Source of the DNA: Candidatus Aenigmatarchaeota archaeon
Lineage (GTDB): Archaea > Aenigmatarchaeota > Aenigmatarchaeia > GW2011-AR5 > JAHLMP01
NCBI GenBank assembly: GCA_018920315.1
Contig: JAHLMP010000003.1
Span: 43,472 to 107,471 of the forward strand
Length of the DNA stretch: 64,000 bases
Direction of reading: 5' to 3'
Below, in pieces: positions 9,601-18,001 of this stretch (positions are counted from its first letter, which is position 1; the number at the start of each line of letters is the position of its first letter). A model generated the notes under the pieces. It worked only from the letters and a program-made list of their open reading frames with translations, ran no database searches and was not told where the DNA came from. The position numbers and the translations under genes were made by a program.

Positions 9601-10390
9601 TTGTGGTTGTTGTAGTTTGTGGTATTGTAGTCGATGTGGTAGTAATAATTGTGGTTGAAGTAGTAGTTGAAGTTGTGGTTGTTGATGTGATAGGAATTGT
9701 GGTTGATATTGTGGTAGTTGTTATGGTTGTCGTAGTAGTTGTAATTGTTGTGGTTGTTAAATTATCCTCAATTTCCAGAACAAGTTTTGGATGGTAATTT
9801 GGGTTGGGATGGTCTTTTGTAGCCCAAATTGTATAGTAGTTTCCGCCATATATTCCTTGACCTAGAAAAAATGTAATTATTGTTCTATTATTAGAAGAGA
9901 TTTCCGAATTTACATATTCTGTAATATCTAAAATATATTCCGTACCTTCTTCGATGCCTGCCGGAACAAAACATTGAGGTAAATTGTTTTGGTCTAGAGG
10001 TTCCTTAATGCATATATAATTAATTTCGAATCCTATGCTAGGCTGATTGTTCCATACAATAGTATCTTCTGACCAATTCCAATTATTGTTAAGATAAAAA
10101 AGTAAGATATATGTGTACCCACTTTTCTCGCGAGATATTATATAAAGTTTTAGTAAAGCTCTTTTTATTTTGTACTGAGAAAAGTTAGAAATATCCCAAC
10201 TATATAAACTTCTTTGCTTTGCGTCATTGTCTACATATGCGTATGGATCTTTTCCATAATTTTTGTTCGGGTCTCTACTATCTATAAATGCATCATTTTT
10301 TGCAACAATTTCTAAAATTGAACAAAATCCATATGAGTTTAAAAAGAATATTATCAAAAATAAGAATACAAGAATATGGTGTAATCTCAT
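6659..10390 (-). CDS. large secreted surface protein (DNRLRE-like N-terminal domain, Thr-rich linker, possible C25-peptidase-like region)
   Basis: 1243 aa with the signal peptide MRLHHILVFLFLIIFFLNSYGF. The N-domain has ...LYSWDISNF...RALLKLYI...WSEDTIVWNNQPS, a DNRLRE-like pattern. A ~75-aa Thr/Ser/Ile tract follows. YADINNDGYLELAIGRF is reminiscent of gingipain-family peptidases. Confidence 0.85.
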   Translation of the reverse strand: MRLHHILVFLFLIIFFLNSYGFCSILEIVAKNDAFIDSRDPNKNYGKDPYAYVDNDAKQRSLYSWDISNFSQYKIKRALLKLYIISREKSGYTYILLFYLNNNWNWSEDTIVWNNQPSIGFEINYICIKEPLDQNNLPQCFVPAGIEEGTEYILDITEYVNSEISSNNRTIITFFLGQGIYGGNYYTIWATKDHPNPNYHPKLVLEIEDNLTTTTITTTTTTITTTTISTTIPITSTTTTSTTTSTTIITTTSTTIPQTTTTTIVATTSTTTSIPIIQNFRKPIIMVKNDFYDILFASSFASRYENNEKVIPVIVWEENNERMKNQIKNFIERYSPDAIFLVGMNYPEDLPQIRNYQINERYQIGNGLVVVDENRTKALLASFIAKLKNYTFIRKDQTISSDFAKDTICTFFNNSCKIVLDNEEKLIDYILDLTKEKRKEVNYLVVSNVAKNEAALSTRFDAVPIVIDVIENYSGTVSQINEKNKINLTKSKINSTIEKIIQKGLLGKYYQFNTTIFLSLLGAPYACVEDPWSDDRFDIQDGDILFTDNLYADINNDGYLELAIGRFCCSPAQVSLMIENSKLWNKNNKNVAIFSEYRMPKYLDLFFLDGMAEGFATEWTLRVKGFNVTRFIEIRGENITEEDKKEIEKSISLNPEEWVSKAFDFLNLKKISNYKYKILEADWRDLKNLNKLEELNKSSFLSNIENFSTIFYFGMGDLKNLYFPSNESYFNPYPRDKNISASEIEFKTPKIFFDEHSLSAHPNSSFIKINNLVFIGSTGIVHDTYVFSPLISFLNSLLKNYPIGKAVNNMKLNIAYSNQSYSQGSIVTSLTVLSSLKLIQKEFYQKMLYGDPSLVIDPPNYENMNYEIISNGNDFLIEFNFSPKYEIKNKEIVFETPQYFIYDVNKPIVPVFRKEIIVPSNIKNVSFEIIEKDLIANIEPIILREDQFSSTQENFTSFPSHLYWIDEQKLFDNRYLLSINFVPVRYFRNSENISARIYEGLVRITYEPNLEIIDLITRNVTLGKEEKIILRLKGNGKLNITILIDSEDFNEELSFIKEVNGIEDIEIPWYAKKEGKFIATAIVKDENGNIAGPRASLFYVRAPSFFELFLDGFKRIIEFISSPTRKESKIKSFSENFYDYIQDGKRIIEYKNPERAIRVEYSSDGIKYKMITSNRTIEIIENATSKTKILVAYLGKIEEKKELGMITTNCEINCEVLKKELEKATNELLYYLDYIKEKYSLRE

Positions 10391-10428
10391 AAACTAAATA
10401 TTAATAAAACTTAAAAATAAAAAAAAGA

Positions 10429-10878
10429 TTATGAACAAGTTACATATCTTGTGCTTGTCACTTCATCGCCAATTCCTGCACAGTTGGTTGAAACTATTGC
10501 TCGACTGAATCCGGTACAACCAGCTCCTTGTATTCCTTGACATCCGCTCAAACTCAACGCCTTCGTTTCTCCGACGTCAACAGTGGTTAGCGAAGCTGTA
10601 GTACATGCACCACCTGTTGTGTTTACTATCATTCCTGTAACATTTAAAGGAACGAAACCTATATTTCTAACAACAATAACGCCGTTTGTCCCAGAAATAT
10701 AAACATGCTCTATGCTTATTCCTGCTGAGCTACAACCAACTGCTGTTTCTCCAGTTGCACTAATATTTTCTGTTGTTCCTCTTGCAAAACTTGAGAACCA
10801 TGTCATTATTATCATTGCAACACTTACTGTAAATGCTATTAGCAATACAGAGGCTATTAATGGACTTAAACCTTTCAT
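10429..10878 (-). CDS. archaeal type IV pilin (DUF361 / Pilin_N type)
   Basis: The N-terminus MKGLSPLIASVLLIAFTVSVAMIIMTWF matches the archaeal class III signal peptide plus hydrophobic helix. The C-terminus is Gly/Thr/Cys-rich. Confidence 0.85.
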   Translation of the reverse strand: MKGLSPLIASVLLIAFTVSVAMIIMTWFSSFARGTTENISATGETAVGCSSAGISIEHVYISGTNGVIVVRNIGFVPLNVTGMIVNTTGGACTTASLTTVDVGETKALSLSGCQGIQGAGCTGFSRAIVSTNCAGIGDEVTSTRYVTCS

Positions 10879-11045
10879 TTAATTTCACTTCTTTAATAGT
10901 AAATTTTCTATTTTAAATTTATTTTTCAGAGTATTTAAAGCTTTTTATTGTAATACATAGTGATTAAATAGTAAATAATTAATTTCAATTCTTAACCTCT
11001 TTCGCCATTTTCCAAATTTCTCAAATTCACAACTTTCCTCAAATC

Positions 11046-11528
11046 TTACTCAATTGCTATGTTTGCTGATGCTATTACTGTTGGACAGCTAATAGAAGCG
11101 ACTCTAATCCTAATTGGAGATCCACTGGAATTTGTGAAGTTTATTGTGTAAATTTCCCCTGGCTTGACTGTAATATTCGCTAAGGTGTAAGAAGAATCAG
11201 AAACATAATAACATTTACTTGCATTAAGCTCTTCATCATTTGCAGGGTTCGAATAAAATAAATATGCCCTAAATCCTGTCAACGGTGTTGTCCCAACATT
11301 TTCTAATTTAAAATATCCAATGTTATTCACTATCCTAGCTTCAGAGATTCTTAGATTTGCTCCTATACAAATCTGAGTTGCGTTTTTCTCTGTCTCTTCT
11401 AATCTACCTCCTGTAAAAGTGCTTGCCCACATTGCCACTATTCCAGCGATTGTCATTGTTAGTGCTATTAGAAGAACTGTAGCTATCAATGGAGAAATTC
11501 CTTTGAGTCTCGAAAATTTACTTGACAT
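11046..11528 (-). CDS. archaeal type IV pilin (DUF361 / Pilin_N type)
   Basis: SRLKGISPLIATVLLIALTMTIAGIVAMWAS signature. It is a paralogue of the adjacent pilin gene. Confidence 0.85.
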   Translation of the reverse strand: MSSKFSRLKGISPLIATVLLIALTMTIAGIVAMWASTFTGGRLEETEKNATQICIGANLRISEARIVNNIGYFKLENVGTTPLTGFRAYLFYSNPANDEELNASKCYYVSDSSYTLANITVKPGEIYTINFTNSSGSPIRIRVASISCPTVIASANIAIE

Positions 11529-11580
11529 AAACTAAATATTTTTTTTCTATATTTAAAGTTTTCTTTTCTTATTTTTTATT

Positions 11581-11852
11581 GGAGGCCCGGGCTGGGCGGT
11601 TGCGCGTCGCCTGTAACCCGAAATCGTGCTTATGCGGGAGCCTATGACTCGAGGGCGGCATATGCTATTGCGAGGACTCCAAAGCTCTAGCGTAGAAGCC
11701 CAGTCCTTCAGGATATTTGCTGTAATGAACCAGGTCAGGTCAGGAATGAAGCAGCCTTAAGTTATAGCAAGTGTGCTTGAAGGGTTGCTGGGTGGAGCAA
11801 GGCTTTGGAACAATCCTCAAGGTAGCGTATGTCCACCAAGAGTCGGGCCTCC
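11581..11852 (+). ncRNA. signal recognition particle RNA (7S RNA)
   Basis: Visibly GC-rich island in AT-rich DNA. The termini GGAGGCCCGG...CGGGCCTCC are complementary. It contains the helix-8 signature CAGGTCAGGTCAGGAATGAAGCAGCC at 11731-11756. Confidence 0.9.
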
Positions 11853-11920
11853 ATTTAAATCTCTATTTAAATTTGAAACTAAATCATAGAAAATAAAGTT
11901 TGAAATAAAAGTGAATTCGC

Positions 11921-12673
11921 ATGGTAGAACCAAAAAGGATGACTGCAATAAAAACTGAAATTGTTAGTATAATAAATGGAAGATTTATAAAGGGTGATGG
12001 ATTAACAAGTAGCTTTGTTATAACGAAGTTTGGGCAAAAGATTTCGAGAGTTAGAATATTAGCCTCTGTTATAGACAAATTTGTTTCTAATGATAAAACG
12101 TATGCAAATCTGACTTTGGATGATGGCAGCGCAACAATAAGAGCGAAAGCTTTTCAAGATATTTCTCTTTTAGAAAATGTTGAAATTGGAGATAAGTTAG
12201 AAATGATAGGGAGACTTCGCTCTTATGCAGATGAAATTTATATTGTTCCAGAAATTGTTCAAAAAGTAGAAGATGAAGATATTTTAAAATTAAGAAAGCT
12301 TGAAATAAAAAAGCAAGAGATTGAATTAAAAAGAAAATATCAAATTATCTCTGAATTACAAAAAAGGGTTTCTGATTTAGAAGAATTGAAAAGATTGGCA
12401 AAAAGAAAATTTGAAATAAAAGAAGAAGAGGTTGAATCTATTCTTTTGTCCAAAGAGATTTTTAGTGAGCAAACAATTGAAGAAGAAGTAAAAAATAAGA
12501 AAGAAGCGATAATAAAGTTGATAGAAAAGTTAGACACTGGCATGGGTTGCGAATATTCCACATTAATTAAAGAATCTGGACTAAAAGAAGATCTTCTTGA
12601 AAGAATAATAAACGAGCTTCTTAATGAAGGCGTTTGCTTTGAACCAAGGCCTGGAATAATAAAGCTTCTTTGA
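11921..12673 (+). CDS. RPA-like single-stranded DNA-binding protein (OB fold + C-terminal winged helix)
   Basis: 250 aa with an OB-fold-like N-terminus (ISRVRILASVIDKF...ANLTLDDGSATIRAKAF...GDKLEMIGRL), a charged linker and a C-terminal wH-like GCEYSTLIKESGLKEDLLERIINELLNEGVCFEPRPG. This is an RPA32-like layout. Confidence 0.65.
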   Translation: MVEPKRMTAIKTEIVSIINGRFIKGDGLTSSFVITKFGQKISRVRILASVIDKFVSNDKTYANLTLDDGSATIRAKAFQDISLLENVEIGDKLEMIGRLRSYADEIYIVPEIVQKVEDEDILKLRKLEIKKQEIELKRKYQIISELQKRVSDLEELKRLAKRKFEIKEEEVESILLSKEIFSEQTIEEEVKNKKEAIIKLIEKLDTGMGCEYSTLIKESGLKEDLLERIINELLNEGVCFEPRPGIIKLL

Positions 12674-12842
12674 AAAATCAATGAATAATTAGCGTGGCGA
12701 TTTAAATTATCTTATAATTTTATTTAAATTCGCTTACAGATTTTATTTTATATTTGTAAAGCGCAGAAAATTTTAATTCAAAATATCGCTTTCAAAATTA
12801 GATAAAAAACTTTATTAAAAATAAAGTAGAAATAATTTTTTA

Positions 12843-14957
12843 ATGAAAGTTTCGGATCTTCTAAAAAAGATGAGGATTAGAAAAAAAGATGAGCTGAAAG
12901 AGTTTCAAAAAGAGTTTGAAATAGAGGAAGAAAAGAAAGGCTTTATTGGATTCTTTGAAAACGCTTGTAGATTCGCAGAAAGTATAATAAGAATAACTCC
13001 ACCAAATGCTAATAATATAAGAAATGCTTTATTTAATGCTGATATTAATGCCTCGCCAGAGGGCGTCTTCTCTCTTACTATTCTTACTATTTTAGCTTCT
13101 TTCTTGCTTATGCTTCTTGTTGCGTTTGTTCTTCCCACAATTGGAATATTTCTGATGATAATCCCATTTGCTTTAGGTTATCTTATCTACACTTATCCTT
13201 CATATGCTGCAACTGTAACAAAGATAAGGGCTTGTGATGAAACTGTAAAAACGATTCTTTATATGGTTATATATCTTAGGCTAACACCACAAATGGAAGG
13301 TGCTTTTAATTTTGCTTCAAAGCATTGTACTGGGCCTCTTGGCAATGACTTAAAAGAGATGCTTTGGGGACTTAGAATAGGGAAATATAAAACTCTTGAG
13401 GAGGCTATTAGTAGCAAACTTGATAAATGGTTAGCATGGGATAAGGAGTTTATTGAAAGTATAAATTTATTGTTTTCACTTGAGCATGAGTATACAGAAC
13501 AAAGAAGAAAAAATATTCTTGACAAAGCTTTAACTCATATCCTAAACTCAACATATGATAAAATGCAAGTTTATGCTAGAGAGCTTCGCATTCCTATGAC
13601 ATTTGTGCATGCAATGGGAATTACATTTCCATTAATGGGTTTAGTTATGTTTCCTATGATCTCGATATTTCTTCATGGCGAAGCCGGTGGCTATCTTTCA
13701 ACGTATCTTGCATTTGGCTATATATTCGTATTACCTTTAATATTATATTTCTATCTTAGAAGAATTGTATCCAAAAGGCCAGGGGCGTTTTCATTTCCTG
13801 ATGTTTCTCATCATCCAGAACTTCCTCCTCCAGGAAAGTTTTCAATAAAGATTGGAAAAAGAAAAGTATTTATATCTGCTCTTTTAGTTGCGATGGCATT
13901 TTTTGTAATAATCTCAATTCCTGCCTTAAATCATTATGCAAAATTGATTAGTGATTATCTTTTTATAAGTTTAGGCGCGAATAGCGAAGCTGCATGGAAA
14001 GATTATATGATAAAAATGTATGAAAAAAGTAATATATTGCCTTATACTTTACAAGCACTTACCTTAATAGTTGGTTTAGCTGTTGCTATCTCAGCTTATT
14101 GTCTCGGAAGAAGCTACCAAAGATTAAAAATAAGAAATGAAATAAAAGAACTTGAAAATAGTTTTCAGGTAGCACTATTTGATCTTTCTGAAATTCTCTC
14201 TTCAGGCGTTCCAATAGAGTTTGCTATTCAAGAGCTTTTAGAAAAATATGAAAGATCAAAGCTTGAGGCAACGCCAATGTATAAATTTTTCTCAGGAGTT
14301 TTAACTAACATGAAAAAGCTTGGAATGACTTTAAGAATTGCGATCTTTGATAATGAATATGGAATTATAAAATGGTTCCCTTCCATACTTATGAAAGATG
14401 TTTTAGAAATTCTTTTGTCTGCAGCAGGAAAATCTTCATCAATACTTGCAATGGCATCCTTCTCAATATCAAGCTTTTTAGAAAAGATGAAAAAGATTGA
14501 AGAATCTATTATAGAAATGCTAAGCGAGATTTCAGCATCGCTTCAAATGCAAGCGAGCTTTATAGCTCCTTTCATTTGTGGTGTAGTTGCTGCGATGGCC
14601 ACAGACATAATAGTTTTATTGCAAGAGATTGTAAAGATGATTAATAGAGTGGAAGAACAGTTTATGGCGGGCTTATTTGCATCTCAAACAAAGAGTTTGT
14701 CTGATATGTTAAACTTTGTTAAGATAGAAAAGGTTATGCCATTAACATTGTTCCAACTAATTGTTGGAATTTACATGATAGAGATTGTTATCATCATATC
14801 ATATTTTTTGAATGGAATAGCTAATGGGTTTGATAGTACAACGAGAAATGTTTTGATTGGAAAATCTTTAATAATAGCTCTAATAATCTATTGCTTTGTT
14901 TTAATTATCGGTATTTTACTTACAAAGGGTTTGGTACTAGGGATTTCGGGCACGTAA
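12843..14957 (+). CDS. FlaJ/PilC/TadC-like polytopic membrane platform protein (paralogue 1)
   Basis: 704 aa with many TM helices. It is clearly paralogous to 18002..19936 (LTPQMEGAFNFASKH vs ESPNLEGAVKFAAAN; RRPGAFSFPDVSHHPELPPPGKFSIKIGKRK vs RRPATISRITLAEHPRLPPRNHFSIKVGRKY). It flanks the secretion ATPase. Confidence 0.75.
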   Translation: MKVSDLLKKMRIRKKDELKEFQKEFEIEEEKKGFIGFFENACRFAESIIRITPPNANNIRNALFNADINASPEGVFSLTILTILASFLLMLLVAFVLPTIGIFLMIIPFALGYLIYTYPSYAATVTKIRACDETVKTILYMVIYLRLTPQMEGAFNFASKHCTGPLGNDLKEMLWGLRIGKYKTLEEAISSKLDKWLAWDKEFIESINLLFSLEHEYTEQRRKNILDKALTHILNSTYDKMQVYARELRIPMTFVHAMGITFPLMGLVMFPMISIFLHGEAGGYLSTYLAFGYIFVLPLILYFYLRRIVSKRPGAFSFPDVSHHPELPPPGKFSIKIGKRKVFISALLVAMAFFVIISIPALNHYAKLISDYLFISLGANSEAAWKDYMIKMYEKSNILPYTLQALTLIVGLAVAISAYCLGRSYQRLKIRNEIKELENSFQVALFDLSEILSSGVPIEFAIQELLEKYERSKLEATPMYKFFSGVLTNMKKLGMTLRIAIFDNEYGIIKWFPSILMKDVLEILLSAAGKSSSILAMASFSISSFLEKMKKIEESIIEMLSEISASLQMQASFIAPFICGVVAAMATDIIVLLQEIVKMINRVEEQFMAGLFASQTKSLSDMLNFVKIEKVMPLTLFQLIVGIYMIEIVIIISYFLNGIANGFDSTTRNVLIGKSLIIALIIYCFVLIIGILLTKGLVLGISGT

Positions 14958-15080
14958 CAATTAAAAATTATTTCATCTGGATAAAATAAGGAAGCATTTT
15001 AAAATTACAAAGTGATATTTCATGCGCGGTTAATAATAAAGAAAAATTTTATATAGAGAAGAGAATAGAGGAAGATAAAA

Positions 15081-15629
15081 ATGAAGGGTTTGGAGCTTGA
15101 GACAATTGTTGGAATAATAATAGCATTAGTAAGCATAACCCTTCTCATAATATTTGCCTCTGGCCCTTTGAGCGACTTGGGAAAAAATGTTTATTGCTTT
15201 TTTTATGAAAAGGTTTTGCATGAAACAAGAAAAGAATGTAAAGATATAGGAGTTATTGGAGAGTTTGTAAAGATTAACACAACTAGAAGTGAAGAAATTG
15301 CAAGAAGTATTGCTGCTTATTCTATATTATGCTATAATAAAGCAAAGTTTGAAAGCAAATTGCAAACAATTCCTTGTTACACTCTAGAAATAGAGAAGCC
15401 GCCAATAGGAGCTATAGCAGAGATCGATGTCGCAGAGATAATGAAAAAAGAAGATGGTTGCGATCTCCTGGAAAATTCTATAGTTAAAGATAGGAATGGA
15501 GTTGAAAATCCGTTTGATTGTGGTGATGAAGACAACTTGATTTGGAATGTAAGCGGGAATGTTATCCTTGATCAAAAAATAGTTTTGATAAAATATGATA
15601 GAACTCTAAACAAAATTATAGTAAGTTGA
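15081..15629 (+). CDS. small prepilin-like/TM-anchored protein
   Basis: The 182-aa protein starts MKGLELETIVGIIIALVSITLLIIF, a K-G followed by a hydrophobic helix as in prepilins. It lies inside the pilus locus. Confidence 0.45.
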   Translation: MKGLELETIVGIIIALVSITLLIIFASGPLSDLGKNVYCFFYEKVLHETRKECKDIGVIGEFVKINTTRSEEIARSIAAYSILCYNKAKFESKLQTIPCYTLEIEKPPIGAIAEIDVAEIMKKEDGCDLLENSIVKDRNGVENPFDCGDEDNLIWNVSGNVILDQKIVLIKYDRTLNKIIVS

Positions 15630-15705
15630 AATATTTTAGCGATGTTTCTATAACCTTTAAGCTTTATTCATAATTAATAAAATCTCTTGAATAGATATTA
15701 TTTAT

Positions 15706-17937
15706 ATGCCATGTGATTATACTGTTGAGGAAGGAAGACTAAAGGTAAATTGCATAGGTTGCATGCATGAGCTTAGTATAGAAAATTCTGAGATATGCAT
15801 GAGTAATACAATAAAAAAATTAATAGAAGCAAAGAATGTAACGAAAATAGTTCTTTCTGGCTATAGAGAATATGAATACGATTGGCCCCAAGTTAAATTA
15901 TTACTTGAAATAGCAAATGCTATTCAAACGATAGAAAGAAAAAGAATAATCTCGTTAGATAATATCTCCATTCCTGGTTGCGACAGATGCGTGGATCAGA
16001 GATTGGGAAAACTTCAGTATATATTAACTTCTTTGGCTTATGATCCTTTAGATGCTTATCGCACACTCATAAGAGAGATAAGACATGCAAGTGTAAAGAA
16101 GAATAGAACTTTAGAAAAATGTAGAAAATGCTATGAAAATTATATAAATAATGCATTGATTCCAATTAAATCTATTCTAGAAAATTGTGAATTAATAAAA
16201 ATGGGAGAAAAATATCTTAGTGTAAAAGGTCGTGAATTTTATCGAGAAGTTTTTTCTCCATCCATAAGGCCAAATTTCATGTATACTCGTTACCAGTTAT
16301 TGATTCCTAAGGATGCTGAACTTGTTTATAAGTATATGGTAGGAAACAATGAGGTAAAAATATTGAAGATTCCTAACCATACAAGATTTTTATATCATAT
16401 TACGCCGGTTGAATTTACTCTAAGCGAAGAAGAATATTTGATCTTAGACATGGCAAGAAGATATTTAGCTTCACATCGTCCAAGAAGAGCAGAACTAGCT
16501 GAGCCGGAAGAAACAAGAAATATATTTTTCTCTATTTCTCGGGATATTATAAAAGATGTTGCAGAAAGAAATAAAGTTAGTTTGTCTGGCGAGAAACTAA
16601 ACGAACTTGCTGAAATATTGGTTCGATACACAGCTGGTTTTGGAATACTAGAGCTTTTGCTTATGGATGAGCATATTCAAGACATATCAATAAATTCTCC
16701 TGTAGGAACGACGCCTATATTTGTTTATCATTCTGACTTTGAAAATTGTGAAACAAATCTTATACCTTCAATAGAAGATGCTAACATGTGGGCAACAAGA
16801 TTTAGATTAATCTCAGGTAGACCATTAGATGAAGCAAATCCTGTTTTAGATACAGAGATAATAACTCCTGGTGGAAGAGCAAGAGTTTGTGCAATAACAA
16901 GAACGCTCTCACCAACTGGCCTTGGCTTTGCACTAAGAAGACATAGAGAAAGACCATGGACCTATCCTCTCTTTATAAAAAATAGGTATATGAATGCATT
17001 ATCAGCAGGCCTTTTATGGTTTTTGATAGACAATGCAAGAACAATGCTAATAGCAGGCACTAGATCTAGTGGTAAAACATCTTTATTAGGAGCATCTATG
17101 CTTCAGATAATGCCAAGGCTGAGAATAATAACTTGCGAAGATACAATCGAACTTCCTGTAACTAAATTAAGAGAACTTGGTTATGATATAGAGCAATTAA
17201 AGTCTCGTTCGGTGATTACTCGTGTAGAAACAGAATTACCTGCGGATGATGCACTAAGAACAGCTTTAAGACTAGGAGACAGTTGCTTAATAGTTGGTGA
17301 GGTTAGATCAGTAGAAGCAAAGGCTTTGTGGGAAGCAATGCGAATAGGAGCTTTAGCAAATGTTGTTGCTGGCACTATACATGGCGATTCTCCTTATGGG
17401 GTTTTTGATCGTGTTGTCAATGATTTGGGTGTGCCACCAACATCTTTCAAAGCTACTGACATTATAGTTATTGCAAACAGATTAAGATCTCCTGATGGCC
17501 TAAGAGCATATAGAAGATTGACAACAATAACAGAAGTGAGAAAACATTGGAAGCATGATCCTTTAGATGAAGGTGGTTTCGTAACCTTAATGGAATATTC
17601 TGCAAAGGAAGATGAGATGAAACCTACGCAAACATTACTTATAGGAGAGTCTTTCATATTAAATGAGATAGCTTCTATGGTAAGAGAATGGAAAGGAAAT
17701 TGGGAGCTTGTGTGGGAAAATATAAATTTAAGAGCGAACGTGCTCGGAAAGATTGCCGAGCTATCTAACTCTATTCCAGAGATTGCAGAAGCTGAGCATG
17801 TTTTAAAATCTAATCAAGTTTTTCATATTATTTGTGATGAAGTTAATAAAGAGGTTGGAATGCTCGACTCAAAAATAATCTTTGAAAGATGGTTCGAATG
17901 GATAAAGAATTATATAAAGGAACAAATGAAAAAATAA
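15706..17937 (+). CDS. FlaI/PilB/VirB11-family secretion ATPase with Cys-rich N-terminal extension
   Basis: 743 aa with Walker A (AGTRSSGKTSLLGA), Walker B (DSCLIVGEVRSVEA) and a His box (VAGTIHGDSP). The N-terminal ~150 aa holds several Cys pairs (CIGC, PGCDRC, CRKC). Confidence 0.9.
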   Translation: MPCDYTVEEGRLKVNCIGCMHELSIENSEICMSNTIKKLIEAKNVTKIVLSGYREYEYDWPQVKLLLEIANAIQTIERKRIISLDNISIPGCDRCVDQRLGKLQYILTSLAYDPLDAYRTLIREIRHASVKKNRTLEKCRKCYENYINNALIPIKSILENCELIKMGEKYLSVKGREFYREVFSPSIRPNFMYTRYQLLIPKDAELVYKYMVGNNEVKILKIPNHTRFLYHITPVEFTLSEEEYLILDMARRYLASHRPRRAELAEPEETRNIFFSISRDIIKDVAERNKVSLSGEKLNELAEILVRYTAGFGILELLLMDEHIQDISINSPVGTTPIFVYHSDFENCETNLIPSIEDANMWATRFRLISGRPLDEANPVLDTEIITPGGRARVCAITRTLSPTGLGFALRRHRERPWTYPLFIKNRYMNALSAGLLWFLIDNARTMLIAGTRSSGKTSLLGASMLQIMPRLRIITCEDTIELPVTKLRELGYDIEQLKSRSVITRVETELPADDALRTALRLGDSCLIVGEVRSVEAKALWEAMRIGALANVVAGTIHGDSPYGVFDRVVNDLGVPPTSFKATDIIVIANRLRSPDGLRAYRRLTTITEVRKHWKHDPLDEGGFVTLMEYSAKEDEMKPTQTLLIGESFILNEIASMVREWKGNWELVWENINLRANVLGKIAELSNSIPEIAEAEHVLKSNQVFHIICDEVNKEVGMLDSKIIFERWFEWIKNYIKEQMKK

Positions 17938-18001
17938 TTTTAGATAGAATGCTAACCTTTCAGAATAATTGATAGATGAGTCGAAAAAATGATGAATTGA
18001 A

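Noticed and set aside
9603-9797. Plus-strand ORF encoding poly-Val (MVVVVCGIVVDVVV...).
   Set aside because: It is an antisense shadow of the poly-Thr linker of the 1243-aa gene.
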